Assembly: GCA_963811105.1 (NCBI GenBank)
Contig: CAWEPZ010000002.1
Span: 288,001 to 352,000 of the forward strand
Reading direction: 5' to 3'
Source of the DNA: Candidatus Bathyarchaeota archaeon
GTDB lineage: Archaea; Thermoproteota; Bathyarchaeia; Bathyarchaeales; Bathycorpusculaceae
Length of the DNA stretch: 64,000 nt
Below, in pieces: positions 9,937 to 19,664 of the stretch. A model generated the notes under the pieces. The model saw nothing but the letters and a program-made list of their open reading frames with translations, was not told the origin of the DNA and did no database searches. Each line of letters opens with the position of its first letter. Position 1 is the first letter of the stretch. A program made the position numbers and the translations under genes.

Positions 9937-10134
9937 TTATTCTTGGCCATGATGCATCATGCCCATCATACCGTGTCCTTTCCCTCTTGAAGCCATGCCT
10001 TCTCTCAAGTTCTGAATAAGCTCTGGAATTGTTTGACTCATCATTTCCATGTTTGCTTTTATTAAGTCCATAGCTGGCTGGTTTATTTCAAACTCAACTG
10101 TCAGTTTTACTTTGCCACTTTTGTCTGCTTCCAT
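9937..10134 (-). CDS. 65-aa protein with Met/His-rich tail
   Basis: AGGAGGT RBS before MEADKS; ends GKGHGMMGMMHHGQE. Confidence 0.7.
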   Translation of the reverse strand: MEADKSGKVKLTVEFEINQPAMDLIKANMEMMSQTIPELIQNLREGMASRGKGHGMMGMMHHGQE

Positions 10135-10258
10135 AAATCCACCTCCTTTAAAATCAAGATTATCAAAACCAGTTTTAACCATCTTAATTGGATAATAATT
10201 GTCCGTCTTAAAGATTACGTGGCTGTACCTATGCGACAACATAATGTTTTATGAAAAA

Positions 10259-11089
10259 CTAGTTGGTGCTCCAATGTTTGGCTAATGCCTCAAGCGCTTT
10301 TTCAAACAAGTAATCCTCTGGCATAACATCAACTTTCACACCCATTTCCCTTAAGGCTTCAGCAGTGGTAGGACCAATGGCAACAGTTGTCACTTTACTG
10401 TTAATCATGCTGCGAAGTGTTTCTGTTGTTGCTTTCTCAGAAAGCATTTTGAAAATATTTTTTGCGCTTAATCCGCTCCCGAAAACAACCGCATCAATCT
10501 TTCCAGCGGTTAAGTCTTGATAGAATTGTTCTTTTAATTTCTCGTCGACTGGCAAGCCTGACTCGTAAACATAAATCTCCTCAACGTCAGCACCCATTTC
10601 TTTAAGCTTCTCAGTTAAGGTTGGGGTTGCATTACTGGTTCGTGGAATGCGAATTTTTTTGCCTGAAACCTCTCCTTTTTCAAAGCACTCGATTAGTCCT
10701 TCCGAACTAAACTTAGTAGGAACTAAACTTACATGAATTCCGTAATCCTTTTCAAGAGCTTCAGCGGTTCGGGGTCCAACTGCTATAACAAAGGTTTCAG
10801 CTAAACCTTCTTTCAACCGGCGGGTCTGCTTTAGCTCTTCAGCCGCAGAAAACAGATATCTTACCCCATTGGTGCTCATAAAAATAACGTAATCAACTTG
10901 CATCTTGATTAGTTCAATAATAAATTTTTTTATGGGCGCAAAGTTGGTTAATCCCTTGATTTCTATTGCAGGAATATAGTAAGGCACTCCGGCTTTTTCT
11001 TGAATGAGTTTGCCTGCTTCTTCCGACTGACCCGCTGGACGGGTTATTGCAATGGTTTTGCCTTTTAGGTTAGGGGCTTTTTGAACCAT
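10259..11089 (-). CDS. hemD: Uroporphyrinogen-III synthase
   Basis: IAITRP, FMSTNGV, AVGPRTA, AIGPTTA; last gene of the hem operon. Confidence 0.92.
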   Translation of the reverse strand: MVQKAPNLKGKTIAITRPAGQSEEAGKLIQEKAGVPYYIPAIEIKGLTNFAPIKKFIIELIKMQVDYVIFMSTNGVRYLFSAAEELKQTRRLKEGLAETFVIAVGPRTAEALEKDYGIHVSLVPTKFSSEGLIECFEKGEVSGKKIRIPRTSNATPTLTEKLKEMGADVEEIYVYESGLPVDEKLKEQFYQDLTAGKIDAVVFGSGLSAKNIFKMLSEKATTETLRSMINSKVTTVAIGPTTAEALREMGVKVDVMPEDYLFEKALEALAKHWSTN

Positions 11090-11820
11090 GCAAGTTTCCT
11101 ACCCAAATTCGCTACTTCACCAATAATAATAACTGCTGGAGGTTTGACGTGTTTTTCTTCTGCTTCCTTAGCAAGGGTGCTGATTTTTGAGATAATTGTT
11201 CTTTGTTGTTGAAGGGTACCTGATTCGACGATTGCTGCTGGTGTATCTGGGTTTATGCCTCCGTCAATAAGTTTTTGCATGATTGCTTCAAGTGATTCGA
11301 TGCCCATTAAAATGACCATTGTGTCGACTACTTGGGCTATTTTTGCCCAGTCAATTACTTTTTCCGCATCGCCCGCTCTGTGTCCCGTAATTATCGCTAC
11401 TGAAGCGGCATAGTCGCGATGTGTCAATGGGATGCCTGCGTACGTTGGAGCCGCAACTGCTGAACTAACCCCTGGCACTACTTCAAATTCGATGCCTTTT
11501 TCCACCAGAGCTTCAGCTTCTTCTCCTCCTCTACCAAAAATAAATGGGTCTCCTCCCTTGAGCCTGACAACTCTTCCGCCTTTTAGGGCTTTCTCAATTA
11601 TCAGTTCAGTGATTTTGTCCTGTGGGACCTCATGTTTGCCCGTTCGCTTTCCAACATAAAGTTTCTCAGCTTTTTCCGGTGCTAAGTTAAGGATTGATTC
11701 GCCAACTAATCTATCGTAAATTACAGTGTCCGCTTGTTTAAGCAGTTCAATTGCTCTTACTGTGAGTAGTTTGGGGTCGCCTGGTCCGGCGCCAACAAGG
11801 AAGACTTTACCAGGTGCCAT
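11065..11820 (-). CDS. cobA: Uroporphyrinogen-III C-methyltransferase (SUMT)
   Basis: VGAGPGDP, RLKGGDPFIFGRGGEE, GIPLTHR. Confidence 0.96.
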   Translation of the reverse strand: MAPGKVFLVGAGPGDPKLLTVRAIELLKQADTVIYDRLVGESILNLAPEKAEKLYVGKRTGKHEVPQDKITELIIEKALKGGRVVRLKGGDPFIFGRGGEEAEALVEKGIEFEVVPGVSSAVAAPTYAGIPLTHRDYAASVAIITGHRAGDAEKVIDWAKIAQVVDTMVILMGIESLEAIMQKLIDGGINPDTPAAIVESGTLQQQRTIISKISTLAKEAEEKHVKPPAVIIIGEVANLGRKLAWFKKPLT

Positions 11821-12742
11821 ATTTTTCTCTCCATTCCTTCTCGAACTCTTTGGCTCCCTGCGCTATTAGGTCTTCACCGACCTTTATGCCTAGCACTTCA
11901 GCTTCATCTAACGTTCCCCGGGCAGTAGCACTAATTTTCTTTCGCTCACTCAGGCAAAATATGCAACCAAAAAGTGACAGATTATTGCCCTCAACATGTC
12001 CAACAGCACCAATGGGTACTCGGCAGCCACCTTCCAGCTGAAGAACCAAACTTCGTTCAGCTGCAATTTCAGCGCGAGTTGCTTTATGTTCAACCGTCTG
12101 CAAAACAGCTATTACACGTTCATTATCCGCTTTTGCAACTATTGCCAGTGCTCCTTGTCCGGCGGCTGATGGAAACTGGTCTAGGGGCAAACGCTCAGCT
12201 ATTTCGTTTGTTAAATTCATTCTCTCAAGCCCTGCTTCAGCAATGACGATGCCTGCAAACTCACCTCTTTTGACTTTGTTTAGTCGTGTGTCAACGTTCC
12301 CTCTTATTGGTTGCACATCTAAGTCAGGGCGAACAAACTTGATTTCTGCCATTCTTCTTAGGCTGCCTGTTCCAACTAGAGCACCTTGCGGAAGAGTGCT
12401 AAGTGCAACTTTGCCCTTCGAAATTAAAACGTCATTTTGCGAATCCCGTTTTGGAATTGCCGCTAAAACTGTTCCAGTCTGCTGTTCAACAATGGGGACG
12501 TCTTTTAGGCTGTGAACGGCAAAGTCAATTTCGCCGCTAACTACTTCTTGGTCGATTTCTTTTTCAAAAATACCTTTGCAGTCAATAGAAAATAGCGGTT
12601 TTCCGTGTTCTTTGTCGCCGATGGTCTTAATGATTTTTAGTTTAAACTCAACGTCGGGGTGTGCTTGTTTAATTTGTTTTAGGACACGGTTCGTTTGTGC
12701 AAGGGCAAGTACGCTCCCTCTTGTGCCAACAGTTAGCTTCAT
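11807..12742 (-). CDS. hemC: Hydroxymethylbilane synthase
   Basis: GTRGS.LA, AVHSLKD, IRGNVDTRL, LEGGCRVPIG. Confidence 0.97.
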   Translation of the reverse strand: MKLTVGTRGSVLALAQTNRVLKQIKQAHPDVEFKLKIIKTIGDKEHGKPLFSIDCKGIFEKEIDQEVVSGEIDFAVHSLKDVPIVEQQTGTVLAAIPKRDSQNDVLISKGKVALSTLPQGALVGTGSLRRMAEIKFVRPDLDVQPIRGNVDTRLNKVKRGEFAGIVIAEAGLERMNLTNEIAERLPLDQFPSAAGQGALAIVAKADNERVIAVLQTVEHKATRAEIAAERSLVLQLEGGCRVPIGAVGHVEGNNLSLFGCIFCLSERKKISATARGTLDEAEVLGIKVGEDLIAQGAKEFEKEWREKYGTW

Positions 12743-14055
12743 TTGATTTGTTTCTCCGCAGCTGCTTTGCCCAGTGCTTTGTCAAAAGCGTTCATTGTAT
12801 GCTTTAAATCTTCCTCGGTGTGAGCTGTTGACAGGAAGCAGGTTTCAAATTGTGAAGGCGGAATAAACACGCCTTGCTTGAGCAACTCATGGAAGTAAGC
12901 GGCAAACATTTTGGTGTCAGAATGTTTGGCGCACGCATAGTCTCTGACTTCTTCGTTTGTGAAGAATATCTGGTACATGGAAGCAATGTTGTAGATTTGC
13001 GCTTGCAAATCGTAGGATTGGACAATATCCACCAAAGCCTTTGTTAATTCAGCACAGTTTTTCTCAAGCTTGGGGTAAATCTCCGCTTTCTTTTGGTTGA
13101 GCAGCTTTAGGATTGTGTAGCCTGCGGTCGTCGAAACTGGGTTACCGCTGAACGTACCTGCTTGGTAGACTTTGCCGACTGGCGAAATGTTCTCCATAAT
13201 CTCGCGTTTGCCGCCAAACGCCGCCAAAGGGAAGCCGCCACCCAAAACTTTACCAAGCGTTGCCATGTCAGGCTTCACGCCATAGTATTCCTGTGCGCCG
13301 CCCAATGCTAAACGGAAACCCGTGATTATCTCATCAAAAATCAGGACGGTACCATATTGGTTTGTTACTTTTCTAAGGTAGCTAAGGTAATCGTCTGTCG
13401 GCAAAATTAACCCAACATTTGCCAAGACTGGCTCAACAATAATCGCTGCTACTTCGTTGCCTTGCCGCTTCATGACTGCCTCTAACGCTTCAACGCTGTT
13501 GTAGGGCACAACAATTGTGTTCTGGGTTGTTTCTTCAGGGATTCCAAGTGAGTTTGGCGTGCCAAAAGTTGCTGCTCCTGAGCCGGCCTTAACCAAAACA
13601 TTATCATGCGAACCGTGGAAGCAGCCTTCGAACTTAATGATTTTTTTTCTTCCCGTGTACCCTCTTGCCGTTCGAATAGCATGCATGGTGGCTTCTGTGC
13701 CTGAATTTACGAGGCGTAGCATTTCCATGCAAGGTGAAGCTTTTGATATGAGCTCGGCAAATTCCACTTCCTGCTCGGTTGGAGCGCCATAAAGCGAGCC
13801 TTTAGGTAACTGTTTTTTTACGGCTTCCATAATGTCTGGTTGGGCATGCCCCAAAAGCAATGCGCCATACGCCATACAATAGTCGACATATTCGGCGTCG
13901 TCTGCGCTGTATAATTTAGAGCCTTGGGCATGGTCAACAAAGAATGGATAGGGCTCAAATGCTCGGACTGGACTGTTTACGCCTCCCGGCAGAACCTTTT
14001 TGGCTCTCTCAAAAAGCTTCTTTGACTTGCTATCGCTCAAGGCTGACTCAACCAC
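12739..14055 (-). CDS. hemL: Glutamate-1-semialdehyde 2,1-aminomutase
   Basis: PGGVNSPVR, FDEIITGFR, LGKVLGGG, YQAGTFSGNP. Confidence 0.97.
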   Translation of the reverse strand: MVESALSDSKSKKLFERAKKVLPGGVNSPVRAFEPYPFFVDHAQGSKLYSADDAEYVDYCMAYGALLLGHAQPDIMEAVKKQLPKGSLYGAPTEQEVEFAELISKASPCMEMLRLVNSGTEATMHAIRTARGYTGRKKIIKFEGCFHGSHDNVLVKAGSGAATFGTPNSLGIPEETTQNTIVVPYNSVEALEAVMKRQGNEVAAIIVEPVLANVGLILPTDDYLSYLRKVTNQYGTVLIFDEIITGFRLALGGAQEYYGVKPDMATLGKVLGGGFPLAAFGGKREIMENISPVGKVYQAGTFSGNPVSTTAGYTILKLLNQKKAEIYPKLEKNCAELTKALVDIVQSYDLQAQIYNIASMYQIFFTNEEVRDYACAKHSDTKMFAAYFHELLKQGVFIPPSQFETCFLSTAHTEEDLKHTMNAFDKALGKAAAEKQIK

Positions 14056-15017
14056 GATTTGGCATCCTTAGCAAAGTAGGTTATGATTAAATCTGCGCCT
14101 GCACGTTTAATGCCTGTTAAGATTTCGCGAATTACAGTTTTTTCATCTATCCAACCGTTCTGAGCCGCAGCTTTTACCATTGAGTATTCGCCGCTGACGT
14201 TGTATGCGACTATAGGCACGTTGAAGTTTGCTTTGGCAAGACCGATAATATCCAAGTAAGCTAATGCGGGCTTAACCATAATCATGTCTGCTCCTTCGTT
14301 GAGGTCTAATTCCATTTCGCGTAGAGCTTCTTCTTGGCTTCCTTGGCTCATTTGGTAGGTTCTGCGGTTTCCAAATTTAGGTATGGATTCCGCTGCTTCT
14401 CTGAATGGACCGTAGAAGCCTGAGGCGTATTTGGCTGAGTAAGCCATTATTGGTACCTGCTCAAAACCAGAGTCATCTAATGCTTCACGGATGGCGCCTA
14501 CTTGTCCGTCCATCATGGCTGAGGGAGCTACTATATCTGCGCCTGCTTCGGCTTGGCTAACTGCTACTTTGGCGAGCACATCAAGGGTTTGGTCGTTTAG
14601 AATTTCGCCGTCTTTAACTAAGCCGCAGTGCCCATGACTCATATACTCACATAGGCAGACATCGCCAATAACTACAAGCTCTTCTCCGTATGTTTTTTTC
14701 AACTCGTCGATTGCCTTTTGGATGACTCCATTTTTAGCAAAAGCGCTTGTTCCTGCTTCATCTTTTTTTGCTGGGATGCCGAAGAGCAACACGCTTTTTA
14801 CACCTTGTGTCAACGCTTGTTTTCCTTCATCTGCAACTTGATTAATTGGCAGCCTACTATACCCAGGCATGGATTCGATGGCAACGGGTTTTTTAATGCC
14901 TTCATCAACAAAAATTGGGTAAATCAAGTTACTTGGCTGCAGATTTATCTGGTTTAATATTTCGCGTAACGTTGCGGTTCTGCGTAATCTTCTCATTCTA
15001 ACTGTTGGAAAACTCAA
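14037..15017 (-). CDS. hemB: Porphobilinogen synthase (Zn-type)
   Basis: DVCLCEYMSHGHCG, APSAMMDG, FYGPFR, MVKP, YNVSGEY. Confidence 0.97.
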   Translation of the reverse strand: MSFPTVRMRRLRRTATLREILNQINLQPSNLIYPIFVDEGIKKPVAIESMPGYSRLPINQVADEGKQALTQGVKSVLLFGIPAKKDEAGTSAFAKNGVIQKAIDELKKTYGEELVVIGDVCLCEYMSHGHCGLVKDGEILNDQTLDVLAKVAVSQAEAGADIVAPSAMMDGQVGAIREALDDSGFEQVPIMAYSAKYASGFYGPFREAAESIPKFGNRRTYQMSQGSQEEALREMELDLNEGADMIMVKPALAYLDIIGLAKANFNVPIVAYNVSGEYSMVKAAAQNGWIDEKTVIREILTGIKRAGADLIITYFAKDAKSWLSQP

Positions 15018-15671
15018 CTATTTTGCCTCCATTTTCTCTATGAGTTTTATGGCTATTTCTTGAGCCTCAAGAAGCTTTCCTTCTTTTAAAACTTGTTTAA
15101 TTTTAATGTTATTAAGTATCTCGCATAACAACTTGCTTCTTGTTTTTGAATCAGGAACTTGCTTTTTGAGGATACCGCGAATATGGCTCTGTAATTCGAT
15201 CTCAAGCAAATCCTCAGGCTTTATCATCTTCTCAATCCTTTCTCTGAGCGCCCTAGCCATAGCAGGGCTCTTTCCTGAAGTAGAAACAGCAACCTTTACG
15301 TCGCCGACGCACGCAACAGCCGGCAAAATAAAATCGCTCAAAGCAGGATTATCAACGGAATAGACCATTCCACACAAAGATTTAGCCGTTTCAACAAGTT
15401 TAAGGTTAAGTTTAGAATCATTTGTTACCGCTAAAAACACATCTGGCTTAGGATTCAGAGTATTTACAAATGCTTTGGCATCTTTAATTTCCGTCTTAAC
15501 TAAAGCAACCTTCTTTGAATCAGCCAACTCTTGAATACTACTTGAAAACTCTTTGCTGATAACCCAGATTTTTGCTTCTGAATTAACGAAACTCTTCATT
15601 TTCCGGTAAGCTTCTGAGCCTCCGCCAACAATTACAATAGTTTTTCCATCGAGTTTGAGGTCTATGAGCAA
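15018..15671 (-). CDS. sirC: Precorrin-2 dehydrogenase (SirC/CysG N-terminal type)
   Basis: VIVGGG Rossmann motif, VDNP...DF..PA, VSTSGKSPAMAR. Confidence 0.9.
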   Translation of the reverse strand: MLIDLKLDGKTIVIVGGGSEAYRKMKSFVNSEAKIWVISKEFSSSIQELADSKKVALVKTEIKDAKAFVNTLNPKPDVFLAVTNDSKLNLKLVETAKSLCGMVYSVDNPALSDFILPAVACVGDVKVAVSTSGKSPAMARALRERIEKMIKPEDLLEIELQSHIRGILKKQVPDSKTRSKLLCEILNNIKIKQVLKEGKLLEAQEIAIKLIEKMEAK

Positions 15672-17233
15672 CTTTGCGTTTTGCCACCTTGAGAAGCGTT
15701 GAGCTTATAATTGGTGAGTAGATTTTTGAATTTTTGCATAAATGCTTCATAATCAACCGGTCGGAGTGCTGGCGCTTTTGCAATTTGTATAAGAGCTCCG
15801 AGGTTGATGTTTTCTTCCGCCGCTTTGATGGCTTGGGCTCCGAACTCTTCGTACTTGATTTCGATTTCAGGGATCATGCCTCTGCCTTCCACATCCATCT
15901 TTGGCACAAACCCCAGCAATTCAACGCCGCTGTTTTCAAACGCCTGTTTGATGGTTTGTTTAATTTGGTCGCTGAGGTAGCTTGTGTGGACTTTGTTTAG
16001 AATGACGCCTGTTACGTTTACGCCCAAACCCTTGAGCAGACTGATATAATTGAGCGAGTTTGCCAACCCGCCTTCTACGCCTTCTTTGTCGCAGGCAACC
16101 ACCATAATTGTCGAGGCGCCCAATGCCGCAGCAACCTCAGCGGTTGAAGTAGGCCGCTGGACCTTATCATTGAGTAGCCCTGTGAAGGCGCTCATGGCTC
16201 CCTCAACAAGCAAAAAATCGTGCTCTTTGCTGGCTTCCTCTATAGCTTCAGATAACGGTTTCCAGCCGCTTTCCCCAATCTTAATCGACGAATAAGGTCT
16301 AATCGGCTCCTTGATAAGGTAGAGCGCTGGCACGGTGTCTCGAATGTCGCCGCCGACCTTGATCACGCCTACCTTGAAGCCTCTGCGTTTCAGTGCGCCT
16401 GCAATACCTGCCAAAACGAAGGTTTTCCCTGAACCGCTCTCAATAGCAGTAACCAGCAAGAGGAGCGGTGTTTTCTGATTGAGAGGCGCTTGCTGATGGA
16501 TATTGGTTGAAATACCAATTTCGCTTTTAATTCGTTCCTGGAGCTTGGCGTTTGCCTTTCGAATCTCTTCGAGCTCGATAGCATTAATGCCCAGCGATTT
16601 CGTGATACTCTGCAAAATGGTCGGGTTTTGATCCAAAAGCCCGTGAATAAAAATTCCCACCACGTTACCCTGCTTGTTGGCTACTCCTGAAACCAAATCT
16701 TGCGGGTCTTTATGATAGTTGACACGTTTTACATGTGAAACAAGAATTGTTTTTGCATCTTTGTGCAAAATAATGTGCCCGTAGGTATGGCAATGAAATC
16801 CTGAAACTTCCTTGCCGACCTCGCTTGTGATGAAGCTGTTGTCAGTTACAGTGGCTACTACGCGGTCTGTGCATATGAGAGGTTTGAACTCAGAGTCAAG
16901 TAGGCCTAAGCCTTCACGGGTTATGGGCACTTTTGAGAGACGTCCCACATCGGTTTCCTTTGCCAAAATCTGGAAGCCTGAGCAGATTCCAAGCACAAAC
17001 TTGCCGCTGTCAGCCATCTTCAAAATTTCGCTGCTGACTTTCTTGTTAACGCTTCCTGATTCGACGAGGCTTCCGCCTGGAATGATTATCATGTCTAAAA
17101 CTTCGGAGGCGGGCTTGCCGTCTATGAGGGCATCGGACAAAACTAGGTCGGTTGGGAGGTTTCCGAAGTCTTCAAAGCATGGGAGAGCACCGGGAAGGTA
17201 AACCAAACCGATTCTGTGGTGAAATTTTGTCAC
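15662..17233 (-). CDS. Domain-swapped cobyrinate/cobyric acid amidotransferase (N-terminal GATase + C-terminal CbiA-like P-loop; PRK06278-like)
   Basis: GALPCFEDFGNLPT, PGGSLVE, GICSGFQ (Cys nucleophile), GFHCHTYG, then SGSGKTF and KVGGD. Confidence 0.85.
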   Translation of the reverse strand: MTKFHHRIGLVYLPGALPCFEDFGNLPTDLVLSDALIDGKPASEVLDMIIIPGGSLVESGSVNKKVSSEILKMADSGKFVLGICSGFQILAKETDVGRLSKVPITREGLGLLDSEFKPLICTDRVVATVTDNSFITSEVGKEVSGFHCHTYGHIILHKDAKTILVSHVKRVNYHKDPQDLVSGVANKQGNVVGIFIHGLLDQNPTILQSITKSLGINAIELEEIRKANAKLQERIKSEIGISTNIHQQAPLNQKTPLLLLVTAIESGSGKTFVLAGIAGALKRRGFKVGVIKVGGDIRDTVPALYLIKEPIRPYSSIKIGESGWKPLSEAIEEASKEHDFLLVEGAMSAFTGLLNDKVQRPTSTAEVAAALGASTIMVVACDKEGVEGGLANSLNYISLLKGLGVNVTGVILNKVHTSYLSDQIKQTIKQAFENSGVELLGFVPKMDVEGRGMIPEIEIKYEEFGAQAIKAAEENINLGALIQIAKAPALRPVDYEAFMQKFKNLLTNYKLNASQGGKTQSCS

Positions 17234-17295
17234 AAATTATGCCCTTCGGCTATTTACGGTAAAACTTATATTTAAGACGGTCGGTTTATCCAACC

Positions 17296-18579
17296 ATGCA
17301 TTCCTCGGCCAAAACAGACCATACCCTCAACGTCAGAATAACGCATAAAACCGCCCGTGTCCCATTAATGGAGGCGGTCGCGTTTAAGGACAAGGGAAAA
17401 GCGCTTGCCGAGATTCGTTCTATCGAAGGTGTTGAGGAATGCCTACTTCTTCAGACATGCAACCGAATTGAAATCTACCTTATTTCTGAAGATGAATCGG
17501 CATTAAATTTAGTTAAGGATTATTTTATTAAGAGATCTGTAGCAAATCTTGAGGAAGCATTTAGAGCAGTAGAAACATCCGAGGATGATGATGCTTTCAA
17601 TCATCTTTTAAGGGTGACTTCAGGCTTGGAATCGATGGTAATAGGTGAAGACCAAGTTCTTAACCAAGTCTGGGACGCCTACTTAGAAGCAGAAAACGCA
17701 AAAACACTGGGTCCAATCCTTAAGCACCTGTTTAATCGTGCCATGACCGTTGGCAGACGCGTAAGAAACGAAACAGGAATCAATAAGGGTGCAGTTTCTG
17801 TTGGTTCGGCAGCAGTTGAATTAGCCGTTACTTTGCTAGGCAATTTAGAAGAGAAGAAAATCTTGGTCATGGGTGCTGGAGAAATAGGTACTCTAGTTGC
17901 CAAAGCTTTGGCGCGACGTTGCCTTAGCCCAATATTTATTGCCAACAGAACTCACGACCGAGCAGTAAAATTAGCTGAAGACCTTAAAGGAATGGCGGTA
18001 AAATTTAATCAGCTTGAAGAAGTATTTGTTGACGCTGACGTGGTTATCTGCTCAACCTCGGCACCGCACTACTTGCTAACTAAAGACCAGGTTTCAAAAC
18101 TGATGACGCAGCGAACAAACAAAAATGACGTCGTTATTATTGATATTTCAAATCCTCGTAACGTGGAGAAAACCGTTCAGGAAGTTGCTGGAACAAAACT
18201 CTACAACATTGACGATTTACAGTTGATAGCGAACAAGAACAAGCTTGAAAGGCAGAAAAGCATTGAGAAAGCCGTCAAAATATTAGACAAAGAACTAACT
18301 ATTCTGAATCAAGATATGAAAAGCCTATCCGTTCGCCTAATCATTTCAGAATTGCTCTCACAAGCTGAGCACGTGCGTCAAAAAGAACTTGCAACCGCTC
18401 TAACTATGATCGGGGATGTAGATGAGCGTGAAAAGAAAATTCTTGAAAATTTAACTTCTATTTTGATTAAAGAAACCTTTGTTCCTATTGTTGAAAACTT
18501 GCGTTTAGCCGCAAAGAACGGTGACATGCAGCAAATTGACTTAGCCGTTAAGCTGTTTGAGAAAACGGAGAAAAACTAA
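17296..18579 (+). CDS. hemA: Glutamyl-tRNA reductase
   Basis: LQTCNRIE, SGLESMVIGE.Q, GAGEIG, DISNPRNV. Confidence 0.97.
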   Translation: MHSSAKTDHTLNVRITHKTARVPLMEAVAFKDKGKALAEIRSIEGVEECLLLQTCNRIEIYLISEDESALNLVKDYFIKRSVANLEEAFRAVETSEDDDAFNHLLRVTSGLESMVIGEDQVLNQVWDAYLEAENAKTLGPILKHLFNRAMTVGRRVRNETGINKGAVSVGSAAVELAVTLLGNLEEKKILVMGAGEIGTLVAKALARRCLSPIFIANRTHDRAVKLAEDLKGMAVKFNQLEEVFVDADVVICSTSAPHYLLTKDQVSKLMTQRTNKNDVVIIDISNPRNVEKTVQEVAGTKLYNIDDLQLIANKNKLERQKSIEKAVKILDKELTILNQDMKSLSVRLIISELLSQAEHVRQKELATALTMIGDVDEREKKILENLTSILIKETFVPIVENLRLAAKNGDMQQIDLAVKLFEKTEKN

Positions 18580-18594
18580 AGAGGCAAGTCAGCA

Positions 18595-19653
18595 TTGGAA
18601 AAAGTTGGCTTAATTCTTATTGGTCACGGAAGTAAACTGCCTCAGAACCGAGAGAATCTCGAAAAACTGGCCGATATCCTGCGCAAGCGCTCCACGTTCC
18701 ATATAATTGAAATCGCCTTCATGATTAGAAACACACCAACCGTTCCAGAAGCGATAGATTCTTTAGGAAAAAAGGGTGTTTCAAAAATTGTACTTGTTCC
18801 TGCTTTTCTGGCTCCTGGCGTTCACACAACTCAGGACATCCCTGAACTCATCGGCGTTAAAGAGAAAGAACATCTGTTAAAACAACGTGGGATAGAATTA
18901 ATTTACGGTGAACCTTTGGGGAGCGACGAGCGCATAGCTGCAATTCTAGAGGAAAAAGCCCTAAAAGCTCTCGGTCAAGAAGTCAAACACGACAGTGACT
19001 TTGTTGATGCCTACTCGATTCCTGCCGCAGGAAAAATTGTTGATAAAAGTATGCAGCTTATCCGCGCCGCCATCGGTGACACCCTGTCTAAGGTGCCCAA
19101 AAATCAGATTCCAATAATTGAACGCGTAGTTCACACAACCGCTGACCCGGAACTTGCCAAACTCTTAGTCATCAGCGACGGCGCAGTAGAGGCGGGAGTA
19201 GAAGCCATCAAGGCAGGCGCAAAAGTAGTCACCGATGTGAAAATGGTAAAGGCAGGAATCAACGAGGCGCGACTTAAGAAATTCGGCGGAAAAGTTACCA
19301 CATACATGAATGATGAACGGGCACCAAAATTGGCTAACTCTCTATCTTTAACTCGTGCAGCTGCTGCGATGCGCCTAGCTGTTAAAGATGGTTTAGACGG
19401 TGGCATCGTGCTTATTGGAAATGCTCCAACGGCAGCGTTTGAGCTTGCAGAGCAGATAAAGAAGGGCATTGTTAAACCAGCATTGATTGTAGCGGTACCT
19501 GTTGGTTACGTTGGAGCAGCAGAATCAAAAGAAGTTGTCGCAAAACTGCAAGTACCATTCATCATCGTTAGAGGTCGTCGAGGTGGTAGCACCATTGCCG
19601 TTGCTGTCTTTAACTCGTTGCTTTCTATGGCTGAAGGTAAAGCTTACGGTTAA
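18595..19653 (+). CDS. cbiX-cbiC: Fusion of short cobaltochelatase CbiX(S) and cobalt-precorrin-8 methylmutase CbiC
   Basis: N-terminal GHGS...PAFLAPGVHT..DIP; C-terminal RVVHTTAD, IGNAPTA, PVGYVGAAESK, RGRRGGS. Confidence 0.93.
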   Translation: MEKVGLILIGHGSKLPQNRENLEKLADILRKRSTFHIIEIAFMIRNTPTVPEAIDSLGKKGVSKIVLVPAFLAPGVHTTQDIPELIGVKEKEHLLKQRGIELIYGEPLGSDERIAAILEEKALKALGQEVKHDSDFVDAYSIPAAGKIVDKSMQLIRAAIGDTLSKVPKNQIPIIERVVHTTADPELAKLLVISDGAVEAGVEAIKAGAKVVTDVKMVKAGINEARLKKFGGKVTTYMNDERAPKLANSLSLTRAAAAMRLAVKDGLDGGIVLIGNAPTAAFELAEQIKKGIVKPALIVAVPVGYVGAAESKEVVAKLQVPFIIVRGRRGGSTIAVAVFNSLLSMAEGKAYG

Positions 19654-19664
19654 GAGGTGTCCTT

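Noticed and set aside
15662-19653. Coenzyme F430 pathway (CfbA/CfbB-like genes)
   Set aside because: No cfbC, cfbD, cfbE or mcr here; context is cobalamin
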